Positions 51,063-60,562 are shown, numbered from the stretch's first letter. The stretch is DNA of 64,000 bases from Methanobacteriota archaeon (GCA_012729095.1 JAAYDU010000027.1:1238-65237), one strand, 5' to 3'. Notes: generated from the sequence alone by a model not told the origin. Numbers and translations are program-made.

Positions 51063-52123
51063 TTCATCTCCTCCATAGTTTCGTCCATGACGTCCAACAG
51101 GTCCTTGATGTCCTTCTCGGTCAGATCGCCCATGTGGCCGATCCGGAACGTCTCGTCCTTAACGCTTCCATATCCGGGCGAGACCTCAAATCCCTTTTCC
51201 CTCAGGCGCTTGTCGAACTCCTTGAAGTTCATGCCGTTCAGCTTGATCACGCTGATGGTGTTCGAACGGAAACCTTCCTCGGCGTAAAGGCCAAGACTCT
51301 TCATCGCCCAGCTGCGCACCATTTCGGCCATGCGCCGATGACGTTCGTAACGCTGCTGAACGCCCTCCTTGAGCATCTTATCCAGCTGATAGTCCAGGCC
51401 GTACATGAGGGACACCGCGGGGGTGGTGAGCGGCAGGTCCTTGTCAGCCATTTTCTTGTACTGCACGAGGTCCAGGTAGTAGCCGCGGTTCTTGACCTTG
51501 AGCGCCTTCTCCATCAGGCGCGGCGACACGCAGACCACCGCCAGGCCCGGGGGCAATGCCAGGGCCTTCTGGCTTCCGAAGACCAGGGCGTCCAGGTCAA
51601 GCTTCCTCAGCTTGAGGTCCACTGCTCCCACGGACGTCACGCCGTCCACCATCACCAGGGCGTCGCTCTGCTTCCGTATGGCCTCCACGATCTCCTCGAC
51701 CGGGTTGAGCACGCCGGTGGACGACTCGTTGGAAACGAAGGTCACCGCCTCCACGTCCTTGTCCAGTTTTCCGTCCAGATGAGAAGCCCTCAGCGCCTTG
51801 CCCCATTCGCCGTTTATCTTTTGAACCAGCTTTCCGTTCTCCTGGCCGATGAGCTGCCATCGATCACCGAAGGACCCGTTGGAAAGACCGGCCATCTTGA
51901 CCTCCACGGCGCTGCGGGCGCAGCCCTCCAGGAACCCGGAGGCGGAAGCGGGGGCGATGTAGACCTCGCTGTCGATGTCCAGCACCTTCCTTATCTTCTC
52001 AACGACACCGCGCTGCAGGTCCTGGTAGTCCTTGCCCCGGTGCACCATCATTCCCCTGTTCATGGAGCTAAGCGTGTCCGGAAAAACCTCCACCGGACCG
52101 ACCGTGAAAAGCCTTCTGCTCAA
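51059..52123 (-). CDS. Class V aminotransferase (phosphoserine / serine-glyoxylate type)
   Basis: PLP-Lys context FGSQKALALPPG. 4-nt overlap with serA. Confidence 0.8.
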   Translation of the reverse strand: MSRRLFTVGPVEVFPDTLSSMNRGMMVHRGKDYQDLQRGVVEKIRKVLDIDSEVYIAPASASGFLEGCARSAVEVKMAGLSNGSFGDRWQLIGQENGKLVQKINGEWGKALRASHLDGKLDKDVEAVTFVSNESSTGVLNPVEEIVEAIRKQSDALVMVDGVTSVGAVDLKLRKLDLDALVFGSQKALALPPGLAVVCVSPRLMEKALKVKNRGYYLDLVQYKKMADKDLPLTTPAVSLMYGLDYQLDKMLKEGVQQRYERHRRMAEMVRSWAMKSLGLYAEEGFRSNTISVIKLNGMNFKEFDKRLREKGFEVSPGYGSVKDETFRIGHMGDLTEKDIKDLLDVMDETMEEMK

Positions 52124-52161
52124 ATTGATCCCTCATTGTGAATGCGCGTCACCTGATATGA

Positions 52162-52225
52162 TTTATCTGCCCTCGCACCGGCAGACCTTCCGGTCCTCGG
52201 TTTCGCGGCCTGAGAGGGTAGATAA
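52162..52225. promoter_or_regulatory. Intergenic 13-nt inverted repeat flanking a GC-rich core
   Basis: TTTATCTGCCCTC (52162-52174) and GAGGGTAGATAAA (52213-52225) are reverse complements with one G/T position. The inner segment contains ACCGG...CCGGT. It lies between the ltaE stop and the start of the serC-like gene. Confidence 0.3.
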
Positions 52226-52251
52226 ACACAGGTGAAATAGGTTTCCATGGA

Positions 52252-53286
52252 CTAGCGTTCCAACAGCCGGCGCAGGCGGGCCAAGGCGTCGTCCACGTCC
52301 TGCTCGTCTATGCCGTAATGGGTCACGAAGCGGGCCTTGGTGGCGCCGAACTCGAACACCTGGACCCCTATCTTGCAGGCCCTGTTGACGAAATAGTCAA
52401 CGTCCCAGCCGGTGCCTGTGATGTCCGCCAGGACGATGTTTGTCTGCACCGTGTCCAGGTCAACGCTGATCCCAGGTATGTCGTTGAGACCCTCGGCCAT
52501 CCTGCGGGCGTTCCTGTGGTCCTCCTTCAACCTGCCTATCATGTTCTGCAGGGCGACCACCCCGGGAGCGGCGACCACGCCTGCCTGCCTCATTCCCCCT
52601 CCCACCATCTTCCTGGCCCTGGTCACGCCCTCGATGAACTCGGAATTGCCCACCACCACCGAGCCGATGGGGCAGGAGAGGCCTTTGGACAGGCAGAACG
52701 TTATGCTGTCCAGGTGCCTCATGTACTCTTTGACGTCCACGTCCAGGGCCACCGCGGCATTGAATATCCTTGCCCCGTCGCAATGCACCTTGAGACCGTG
52801 GTCATGGGCCACCTTCGAGACCTCCTCGACCTCCCGGGGGGTCCACACGGTGCCCCCGGCCCGGTTGTGGGTGTTCTCTATGCACACCAGGCTGGGAATG
52901 GGGTAATGGAGGTCCTGATGCCTTATGCTGGCCTCCAGCTGCTCCGGGGAGAACTTGCCCCCGTTCCCTTTTATAAGGCGGGGGATGGCCCCGACCAGGG
53001 CGGACACGCCGCCAAGCTCGTAGTAGTAGATGTGCGCTTCCGACTCCAGGAACACCTCGTCGCCCCTGCGGCAATGCGTCATGAGGGAGACCAGGTTGCC
53101 CATTGTCCCGCTTGTGACCAGCAGCGCGCCCTCGGCCCCGAACATGTCCGCGGACATTTCCTGCAGCTGATTGACCGTGGGGTCCTCCTTTTCCACGTCG
53201 TCCCCCAGCTCCGCCGACTGAATGCTGTCCATCATTTCCTTCGTGGGCAGGGTGAACGTGTCGCTCCTGAGGTCTATTAGGCGCAA
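52252..53286 (-). CDS. ltaE: Low-specificity L-threonine aldolase
   Basis: Carries IDLRSDTFTLPT and the PLP-Lys context FCLSKGLSCPIGS. The start is taken at the TTG at 53286 (M-RLIDLRSDT). The upstream part of the track ORF overlaps the Trm112 gene. Confidence 0.8.
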   Translation of the reverse strand: MRLIDLRSDTFTLPTKEMMDSIQSAELGDDVEKEDPTVNQLQEMSADMFGAEGALLVTSGTMGNLVSLMTHCRRGDEVFLESEAHIYYYELGGVSALVGAIPRLIKGNGGKFSPEQLEASIRHQDLHYPIPSLVCIENTHNRAGGTVWTPREVEEVSKVAHDHGLKVHCDGARIFNAAVALDVDVKEYMRHLDSITFCLSKGLSCPIGSVVVGNSEFIEGVTRARKMVGGGMRQAGVVAAPGVVALQNMIGRLKEDHRNARRMAEGLNDIPGISVDLDTVQTNIVLADITGTGWDVDYFVNRACKIGVQVFEFGATKARFVTHYGIDEQDVDDALARLRRLLER

Positions 53287-53383
53287 GTGAATCTCTCCGG
53301 GGCGCTCGATGCGGAAAATCGCATAAATAGTTAGCGACCTGACCATGATGAAAGGTTGATATTGGCACCCGTCCTTGTCGTGG

Positions 53384-53563
53384 ATGATGAGGAAGGACCT
53401 GGTGGCAATACTGGCCTGCCCGGCGTGCAAGCACCATCCCCTGGAACTGCAGGTGGAGAGGGAGGAGGCCGGCGACGTGATGGAGGGGCGGCTGCTCTGT
53501 CCTGGATGCAAGGCCGTCTACATAATAGAGGACGGGATTCCGAACCTGCTGCCGCCGGAGTGA
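53384..53563 (+). CDS. Trm112-family small zinc-ribbon protein
   Basis: LVAILACPACKHHPL...LLCPGCKAVYIIEDGIPNLLP. Confidence 0.7.
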   Translation: MMRKDLVAILACPACKHHPLELQVEREEAGDVMEGRLLCPGCKAVYIIEDGIPNLLPPE

Positions 53564-54718
53564 TCAGAGGCTGCCCAGGGCGTCCTTGATCCTGGCCATG
53601 CCTTCCTTTATGTTCTCCCGGCTGGCGGCGTAGGAGAGGCGGAAGCGCCCCTCTCCCGCCGGTCCGAAGGCCGAGCCCGGCGTCACGGCGACATGCGCCT
53701 CCTTGAGCAGGTACGATGCCATGTCCTCCGAGCTCATGTCGAGGTCGTAGGAAGGCATCATGTAGAAGGCGCCGCTGGGCAACGGGCAGTCAAGGCTGGG
53801 GATGTCGTCCATCAGGGAACGCACCAGGTCCCGGCGGGCCCTGAACTCCTCCTTCATCATGGACACGGACGCCTGTGGCCCGCGCAGGGCCTCCAGGCAG
53901 GCCTCCTGCACGAATGATGTGACGCAGGTTATGGATTGGGTCTGCAGCTTGTTGAGCTCCTTGAATATGGGTTTCGGGGCCACGGCCCAGCCGGCCCTCC
54001 AGCCGGTCATCGCGTACGACTTGGAGAAACCGTCCACGGTGATCGTGCGATCGAACATGCCGTCCAGGGAAGATATGGACGTGTGCTCGCCCTCGAACAC
54101 CAGCTGATTGTATATCTCGTCGGCCAGCACGTACAGGTCATGGTCCACGGCCAGGTCCGCTATCCCCTGAACGTCGTCCCGGGTCAGCACCGAGCCGCAG
54201 GGGTTGGAGGGGGAGTTGAGCACGATCATCTTGGTGCGCTTGGATATCCTTTCGGAGACCAGGTCGGGGGTCATCCGGAAGCCGTTGTCCGCGGACAGGT
54301 TGGCGTATCGCACCTTGCCCCCGGCAAGCCTGGCGCATGCTTCGAACGTTCCCCATGCCAGGTCGGGGACTATCACCTCGTCCCCGTCATCGACCATGGC
54401 CAGCATGGTCATGAATATGGCCTGCTTGGTCGGCGTGACCAGCACGTTGGATGCCTCGCAGGGTATGCCGTTCAGCTGACGGCATCTCTCGGCCACTGCT
54501 TTGCGCAGCTCGGGTATGCCCGCGGACGGCGTGTAATAGGTGAAATCGTTTGAAAGGGAGCGTACGCAGGCTTCCTTGATGTTCTCAGGCGTGTGGAAGT
54601 CCGGCTCTCCCATGGAGAAGGATATGATGTCCACTCCCTCCCCCTTGAGCTTGCTGACCAGGTTGGCGATCTTGACCGTTCCCGATTCGGGGACGCTCCC
54701 CATCCTCTTGGCGAACAT
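53564..54718 (-). CDS. Class I/II (aspartate) aminotransferase
   Basis: Carries ISFSMGEPDF, NPSNPCG and the PLP-Lys context GFSKSYAMTGWRAG. The start is taken at the ATG at 54718 (MFAKRMGSV). Confidence 0.85.
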   Translation of the reverse strand: MFAKRMGSVPESGTVKIANLVSKLKGEGVDIISFSMGEPDFHTPENIKEACVRSLSNDFTYYTPSAGIPELRKAVAERCRQLNGIPCEASNVLVTPTKQAIFMTMLAMVDDGDEVIVPDLAWGTFEACARLAGGKVRYANLSADNGFRMTPDLVSERISKRTKMIVLNSPSNPCGSVLTRDDVQGIADLAVDHDLYVLADEIYNQLVFEGEHTSISSLDGMFDRTITVDGFSKSYAMTGWRAGWAVAPKPIFKELNKLQTQSITCVTSFVQEACLEALRGPQASVSMMKEEFRARRDLVRSLMDDIPSLDCPLPSGAFYMMPSYDLDMSSEDMASYLLKEAHVAVTPGSAFGPAGEGRFRLSYAASRENIKEGMARIKDALGSL

Positions 54719-54840
54719 CGAGGCGACAAACGAGCCCAATGGCTTTATGCTTTTTGTCAAGGGCTTGCAGGGGTTCTGCTGGGGAGGGTCGGGAAAAGTG
54801 ATAAATAACGCCCTGCAGGTAAGCCGGTTTGGTGAGATAA

Positions 54841-55749
54841 ATGACATTCAAGTTGGACCTATCCGGACTGCGCCACGGCACCGAGCTGGTCAAGCGCGGG
54901 TTCGCCAAGATGCAGCAGGGCGGGGTGGTCATGGACGTCACCAACGCCGAGCAGGCCAAGATCGCTGAGGAAGCTGGCGCGGTGGCCGTCATGGCCCTGG
55001 AACGGGTCCCGGCGGACATCAGGGCCCAGGGCGGGGTGGCCAGGATGGCCGACCCGGTCAAGGTGCTGGAGATAATGGACTCGGTAACGATCCCGGTCAT
55101 GGCCAAGTGCCGCATCGGACATTTCGTGGAGGCGCAGGTGCTGGAGTCCTTGGGCGTGGACATGATAGACGAGTCCGAGGTGCTCACGCCGGCCGATCCC
55201 TTCATGCATGTGGTCAAACAGGGGTTCACCGTGCCATTCGTCTGCGGGGCCAGGGACCTGGGCGAGGCGCTCCGGCGCATCGACGAGGGGGCGGCCATGG
55301 TCAGGACCAAGGGGGAACCCGGTACTGGCAACATCATAGAGGCCGTGCGGCATCAGAGGATGATCATGGGCAAGGTGCGCGAGCTGAAGGGCAAGGACGA
55401 TGCCGAGCTGGCCGTGATCGCAAGGCAGATCGAGGCGCCCTTTTACCTGGTCAAGGAGGTCGCCGGGATGCAGCGTCTGCCGGTCATCAACTTCGCCGCT
55501 GGCGGAGTGGCTACCCCGGCCGACGCGGCCCTCATGATGCAGCTCGGTTCTGACGGCGTCTTCGTCGGCTCGGGCATATTCAAGAGCAACGATCCGGAGG
55601 TCAGGGCCAAGGCCATAGTGGAGGCGGTCACCCATTACGACGATCCGAAGGTCATCGCCGAGGTGTCCCGGGGATTGGGCGAGGCGATGCACGGCATTGA
55701 GATCTCCACCCTGACCAAGGAACAGCGTATGCAGGAACGCGGCTGGTAA
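54841..55749 (+). CDS. pdxS: Pyridoxal 5'-phosphate synthase lyase subunit
   Basis: [35 protein letters not shown]...[14 protein letters not shown]...[19 protein letters not shown]. Confidence 0.95.
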   Translation: MTFKLDLSGLRHGTELVKRGFAKMQQGGVVMDVTNAEQAKIAEEAGAVAVMALERVPADIRAQGGVARMADPVKVLEIMDSVTIPVMAKCRIGHFVEAQVLESLGVDMIDESEVLTPADPFMHVVKQGFTVPFVCGARDLGEALRRIDEGAAMVRTKGEPGTGNIIEAVRHQRMIMGKVRELKGKDDAELAVIARQIEAPFYLVKEVAGMQRLPVINFAAGGVATPADAALMMQLGSDGVFVGSGIFKSNDPEVRAKAIVEAVTHYDDPKVIAEVSRGLGEAMHGIEISTLTKEQRMQERGW

Positions 55750-55763
55750 TTCTTTAATTGCAT

Positions 55764-55783
55764 GGCCGGGGGCGGCCCCGGCC
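55764..55783. terminator. GC-only hairpin between convergent pdxS and purP
   Basis: GGCCGGGG-GCGG-CCCCGGCC is a perfect 8-bp stem with a 4-nt loop. On the + strand it is followed by TTCGTCATTCCATTTC. Confidence 0.35.
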
Positions 55784-55801
55784 CTGTTCGTCATTCCATT
55801 T

Positions 55802-56872
55802 CTAAGAGATGACCTTGTCCAGGCTGTCGGTCAGCACCGCGTTCTTGATCTCCCTGGATATGCGGCGACCGGTGCTCATGTTCTCCTCGGTGAGGTCGGA
55901 GTACGGGGATCCGGATATGAACGGGTTGGAGCCTGCCACTATCCGGGAGGATATCTCGAACACCTTGAACTCCAGCTTATCGGTGACTATGCCTTCCAGG
56001 CAGAACGGCCCGATCATCCCGCCGAACAGCTCGTAGGAGCGCTTGACCACCTCCTCTCCCATGTCGAAAACCTTGGGCAGGAGGCTTTCCCGAATGACGA
56101 CTGGAACGTTGCCGGTCACCACGAACGAGGGGAACAGGCCTAGCTTCTTCAGCTCCTCGGACGCTCCTAGCTTGTACAGTTCGTCTATGTTGCTCTCGTC
56201 ACGGCGGTCCATGGACATCAGCTCAAGGGAGCCGTCGCCCACCCTGAACCCGTCCTTCTTTATCGGGGAGTAGAAGTAGTGCAGGTAGTACCTGGTGCCC
56301 AGTATGTACTCCTGTATGGTGTAGTCCTGCTCCAGGTCCAGACCCATTTTGAACTCCGGGTAGTCCTTGGCGATGAAGAAACCGCGGCCGCCCTTGGCCC
56401 CGTTGTACTTCACCAGCACCGGCCGGTCGATGTTCTTGGGGTCCTCGATGACCGTGGGCATGACGATGCCGGCGGTCTCCAGCCACTCCCTCATCTTGTC
56501 CCGGTTGGACTCCCATCTCAGCACGTTCCTGTTGCCGAACGTGGGCACGGGCATCTTCTCGAACTTGTCGGTGCCCATGTATTCCACGAAGGAACCGTGC
56601 GGAACTACGATTATATTGCGGGCCAGCAGCTCGTCCGTGTTGTCCAGCAGGTCGGCGTAGCTGTTGAGTTTCATGAACTCGTCGGGCCTGCCGAGGGGAA
56701 AGGCGTCGTAATAGCGGAAGTTGTCCTTCACGGTGAGGCCGAGTGTGCGGAACCCTTCCTTCTTGGCCCCGTTGAAGATCTGCAGCGATGAATGGGAACA
56801 GAGAGTGGCCACGGTGAGCTTGTTCTTGTCGTACTCGTCGAGGATCTTGAGTATCTTGTTCTTCGGGACCAT
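55802..56872 (-). CDS. purP: 5-formaminoimidazole-4-carboxamide ribotide (FAICAR) synthetase PurP
   Basis: 356 aa. TVATLCSHSSLQIFNGAKKEGFRTLGL, with an ATP-grasp C-terminal half. Confidence 0.9.
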   Translation of the reverse strand: MVPKNKILKILDEYDKNKLTVATLCSHSSLQIFNGAKKEGFRTLGLTVKDNFRYYDAFPLGRPDEFMKLNSYADLLDNTDELLARNIIVVPHGSFVEYMGTDKFEKMPVPTFGNRNVLRWESNRDKMREWLETAGIVMPTVIEDPKNIDRPVLVKYNGAKGGRGFFIAKDYPEFKMGLDLEQDYTIQEYILGTRYYLHYFYSPIKKDGFRVGDGSLELMSMDRRDESNIDELYKLGASEELKKLGLFPSFVVTGNVPVVIRESLLPKVFDMGEEVVKRSYELFGGMIGPFCLEGIVTDKLEFKVFEISSRIVAGSNPFISGSPYSDLTEENMSTGRRISREIKNAVLTDSLDKVIS

Positions 56873-56914
56873 TACCTCAAAATTTTCCTGAAGGATATAA
56901 ACCTTTCTAAGACC

Positions 56915-57427
56915 CTAGAATATGTCCCAACCTAGCTCTGTGACCACATAATACACTATGGCGGCCCTGGTGATCCCTGCGGCCAGGTTGGTGATGGCGA
57001 AGTTCCGGAGGTCCTTGGCCTGGCGTTCCTTCCTGAATATGGAGAACAGGTAGACCGGGACTGTGTCCACCATTATCGGGATGCTGAGAATGATGTATAG
57101 GCCGACATACCCCAGCTTGTCCACGAGCCAGTTGCTGAACTTGACCACCATCCGGAAGAAGCCCCACTTCCTGGTCAGCGTGTTTATCGGCCTCTCCACG
57201 TTCATTCCGATGTAGAAGACTATGACGCTGCCCACCGCCTTTCCGACCCCCAGCAGTATGGCCTTTAAAATGAAGGGCGTGGCCGGGCTCAGAAATAGCA
57301 TCAGCTCCACCGGAACGGGCAGAAATAGGGTGGCCGCGATTATGTAGATGAAGAAGACGATCGAATAGACAAATGGGTCGCCCTGAACCTGCTCTAGAAA
57401 GGAGGTCAGGCCACCGACTATGTCCAT
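56915..57427 (-). CDS. DedA/VTT-domain-like membrane protein
   Basis: 170 aa with about 4 TM segments. The pattern FFIYIIAATLFLPVPVELMLFL...GKAVGSVIVFYIG is characteristic of SNARE-associated/DedA proteins. Confidence 0.6.
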   Translation of the reverse strand: MDIVGGLTSFLEQVQGDPFVYSIVFFIYIIAATLFLPVPVELMLFLSPATPFILKAILLGVGKAVGSVIVFYIGMNVERPINTLTRKWGFFRMVVKFSNWLVDKLGYVGLYIILSIPIMVDTVPVYLFSIFRKERQAKDLRNFAITNLAAGITRAAIVYYVVTELGWDIF

Positions 57428-57527
57428 CGGACGGTTTATGGACTTCCATTAGAAAAGCTTATCTTGGCATGGCCGAAAGCCCAATAAGCTGGGTTATTAT
57501 CTGAATGAGATATCTTTTTATGGTTGT

Positions 57528-58178
57528 ATGGCAATTATGCCAGAGGAGACTCCAATGGTTCCAGAAAAAAAGGTGAGTAAGGCTAAGGACGAAGATTGGT
57601 TCGCCAAGCTGGATGCCGAGCTTTCAGCCCGTACCGATGCCATCTCCAAGGACAAGGAAGAGATCAACTTCCAGAAGACCACGATCAACCGCACCATCAT
57701 CGGAGATTTCTGGAACGTTCTGAATAGGTTCTCCCGGATCAATGTGCAGCTTAACATGGAACCCACCTACAGCGAGTTCGCACAGTTCGAGGAGTTCCCT
57801 GTCAAGTGGAGGTTCAAGAACGAGTACGACTTCGAGGCTGTCAGCAAGGTCCAGCTGGTAGACAGGACCCAGACCCAGGGGCGAATGGGCGACTCCCTGA
57901 AGGTCATGTACTACGCCGTTGACTCCACTCCGTGCGTTCGCATGGTGTTCGATTACTGCGAGGGCGAGCATTACTACAAGTACGCTGGATGGAAGCGGAT
58001 ATTCGGACAGTTCGTCGTCTATGATTCACCGCTGTCCAAGTTCGACATGGACCGCTTCCACGAGAAGTTGGCGGATGTGGTTCTCGCATGGTACGAGTCG
58101 CACCTGCGCAACAACCGAGACATATTGATCTCCCACCTGAAGGAGAAGTACGAGCGCGGCGAGACATTTACCGAGTGA
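57528..58178 (+). CDS. Hypothetical protein
   Basis: 216 aa. A charged N-terminal helix is followed by an aromatic-rich globular part (...MVFDYCEGEHYYKYAGWKRIFGQFVVYD...). No family was recognised. It is visibly less GC-rich than the flanking genes. Confidence 0.5.
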   Translation: MAIMPEETPMVPEKKVSKAKDEDWFAKLDAELSARTDAISKDKEEINFQKTTINRTIIGDFWNVLNRFSRINVQLNMEPTYSEFAQFEEFPVKWRFKNEYDFEAVSKVQLVDRTQTQGRMGDSLKVMYYAVDSTPCVRMVFDYCEGEHYYKYAGWKRIFGQFVVYDSPLSKFDMDRFHEKLADVVLAWYESHLRNNRDILISHLKEKYERGETFTE

Positions 58179-58330
58179 GCCATTTTCAACGGCTCCCGGC
58201 ATAAACTCTTTTAACTGGCACCTTCGGTTTTATTCTGGTCGGTGGTCCATTTTCAATTTGCAGTGAATAATGCTATTAAACGAAACGGGCATAATGGGCT
58301 GCCTTATTAGCTAAGGAACGGAGGCATGAA

Positions 58331-59650
58331 ATGGACAGAGAAGAGCTCGCACCCCATGCGGATGAGCTTGCCAGGGTGCTCGGGGAAAAAGTCGACAAGA
58401 ACAAGATAATGGACGACCTGGACAAGTATGTGAACCTCTACCGGGTCTCGTTGGAATGGGCCAAGAGGGACATACTGAAGAAGATGGGCGGGGATCCCGA
58501 CTCGGTCGGCGATGGATCGGAGCGCAAGAATGTGGCCGAACTCACCGGTGCCGAGCAATCGGTCGATCTTCTGGTCAAGGTGCTGACCGTCAATCCCAAG
58601 ACGATCGAGGTTGGCGGAGTGAGCAAGAACATCGTCTACGGGTACGTGGCCGACGAGTCGGGGCGCGTTCCGTACACCATCTGGGAGACGGAGAGCGTTC
58701 AGATGAAGGAAGGTTCAACCGTCATCGTTCGGAACGCCTACACCAAGGAGTACAAGGGAAACCCCCAGCTGAACCTGGGGAACCGGGCGTCGGTGGAGGA
58801 GTCCGATGAGGTCCTTGACGTGGCCGACATGCCCTCCGGGGGCTCGGCCGAGGTCAAGATCGCGGAGCTGACGGATGGGATGAACTATGTCATCGTGTCC
58901 GGCAAGATCGGCAGACCGGAGCAGCGGGAGATCACAGTATCGGGCGAGAAGAAGATGATCGTCACCGGGATACTGAGCGACGAGACCGGGAGCGCGGAGT
59001 TCACCGTGTGGAAGGAAATGGAGCTGAATGACGGTGACGAGGTGCGCGTGATCGGTGCGTATGTCAAGAGCTGGAGGGGGATGCCCAAGCTGAACCTGGG
59101 GGACAAGGCCGAGGTCCAGGTGCTGGAAAGGGGCACGCTGGGGGATATCTCGGGAAGCGTTCCCAAGCCCAGGACCCTGGAGGACGTGGAGCTCGCCGGC
59201 GGGGCCATGGACGTTGTCGTGCACGGCACCTTGGTGGACGTGCGCGAGGGAAGCGGCCTGGTAATGCGCTGCCCTGATTGCCGCAGGGTGCTGCAGAAAA
59301 GCACCTGCCGGGTGCATGGCAAGGTCAAAGGAATAGATGACCTGAGGATAAAGGCGATCCTGGACGATGGAACTTCCTCCATGAGCGTGATCTTCGGCAA
59401 GGAGCTCACTGAGCAGATGCTCAACATAAGCATTGACGAGGCGGTGAAGATGACCACCGAGGAGAGGAACCCGGACGCGGTGAAGGAAATGGCCGAGGAG
59501 AAGCTTTTCGCCCGCCCCCTGGAGGTGCGGGGGATGGTCCGCTCCGATGATTACGGCCCCATGCTCATCGCCAGGGAGGCCCGGTTCATGGAGATCGATG
59601 TCAGGGAGGAGGGTGCCAAGCTCCTTACGGAACTGGAGGGGTTCAATTGA
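58331..59650 (+). CDS. Replication protein A (multi-OB-fold ssDNA-binding protein with zinc finger)
   Basis: Repeated OB-fold modules (...VPYTIWE...VIVRNAYTKEYKGNPQLNLG...; ...AEFTVWK...VRVIGAYVKSWRGMPKLNLG...) and the zinc finger CPDCRRVLQKSTCRVHG. Confidence 0.8.
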   Translation: MDREELAPHADELARVLGEKVDKNKIMDDLDKYVNLYRVSLEWAKRDILKKMGGDPDSVGDGSERKNVAELTGAEQSVDLLVKVLTVNPKTIEVGGVSKNIVYGYVADESGRVPYTIWETESVQMKEGSTVIVRNAYTKEYKGNPQLNLGNRASVEESDEVLDVADMPSGGSAEVKIAELTDGMNYVIVSGKIGRPEQREITVSGEKKMIVTGILSDETGSAEFTVWKEMELNDGDEVRVIGAYVKSWRGMPKLNLGDKAEVQVLERGTLGDISGSVPKPRTLEDVELAGGAMDVVVHGTLVDVREGSGLVMRCPDCRRVLQKSTCRVHGKVKGIDDLRIKAILDDGTSSMSVIFGKELTEQMLNISIDEAVKMTTEERNPDAVKEMAEEKLFARPLEVRGMVRSDDYGPMLIAREARFMEIDVREEGAKLLTELEGFN

Positions 59651-60531
59651 TGTCCCGGGAGGTGGCCTGGAGGGTCTTCGCCGCGGAGTTCAACTCCTCC
59701 AGCTTGGAGATGAAGGGAGAGGGAGAGAAGACCCCTTCCTACCTGATATCCCCATTGGGAGCGAAGATGAACCGCATCTTCGTGGTGGGCGTGCTCACCG
59801 ACAACGAGAACGTGGGGAATGAGAACGAGCCGGTATGGCGGGCCAAGATCACCGACCCCACAGGAACGTTCTACATGACCGCCGGGCAGTACCAGCCGGA
59901 GGCGGCCATGGTCCTGGCCAAGCTGCAGCCGCCCTGCTTCGTGGCCGTGGTCGGAAAGTTCCGCACCTATTCTCCGGAGGAAGGGAAGCTGTACGTCTCC
60001 ATTCGCCCGGAGCGTGTCGGCAAGGTCGAGGCCTCAGTGCGCGACGGCTGGGTACTGGAGACGTGCAAGGCCACCGTGGACCGCATCTCGGCCATGGAGG
60101 AAGCAATGAAGCTCGGCGAGCCCACAGTGGAGAAGCTGATCCAGATAGGGTCCTCCAGACCATTGGCCGAGGGGGTTGTGCACAGCATGCAACACTACAG
60201 CCCTGAGGACCTGTCCCGTTACAAGGGAATGGTGTCCGATGCCCTCAAGTTCCTGCTCCCGGAATATCAGACCGGCCCAGACCTTCCCGTTGAGCATGAC
60301 ATTCCGGAGGAGATCGAGGACGATGACGAGCCTGACGACGTGGACAAGGAGGCCTTGGTGCTCTCCATGATCGAAGGCCTTGATTCCGGCAAGGGAGCGG
60401 CCTGGGACGAGGTGGTGCAGAAGGCCCGGTCCCAAGGGATAGAGCGAGAGGAACTGGACGCGATAGCCAACTCGCTGCTGGACAAGGGCTTCGTCTACGA
60501 GCCGGTGCTCGGCAGGATGAGAAAAATATAA
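59647..60531 (+). CDS. RPA-associated OB-fold protein (COG3390-like) with acidic linker and C-terminal wHTH-like domain
   Basis: ATGA overlap with the RPA gene. N-terminal AWRVFAAEFNSS...RIFVVGVLTD...WRAKITDPTGTFYMTAGQYQPEA, then the acidic stretch EEIEDDDEPDDVD. Confidence 0.6.
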   Translation: MMSREVAWRVFAAEFNSSSLEMKGEGEKTPSYLISPLGAKMNRIFVVGVLTDNENVGNENEPVWRAKITDPTGTFYMTAGQYQPEAAMVLAKLQPPCFVAVVGKFRTYSPEEGKLYVSIRPERVGKVEASVRDGWVLETCKATVDRISAMEEAMKLGEPTVEKLIQIGSSRPLAEGVVHSMQHYSPEDLSRYKGMVSDALKFLLPEYQTGPDLPVEHDIPEEIEDDDEPDDVDKEALVLSMIEGLDSGKGAAWDEVVQKARSQGIEREELDAIANSLLDKGFVYEPVLGRMRKI

Positions 60532-60562
60532 GAAAACGGGGAAGAGGTTTCTTTCCCAAACC

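Noticed and set aside
53384-53563. Cys-rich small proteins as a possible missing RING E3 for the ubiquitin cassette: Trm112-like here, and the zinc ribbon at the N-terminus of 60577-61587.
   Set aside because: Their Cys spacing is that of simple CxxC...CxxC zinc ribbons (Trm112 family and a membrane-protein N-terminus), not a cross-braced C3HC4/C3H2C3 RING. They are more than 50 kb from the cassette.
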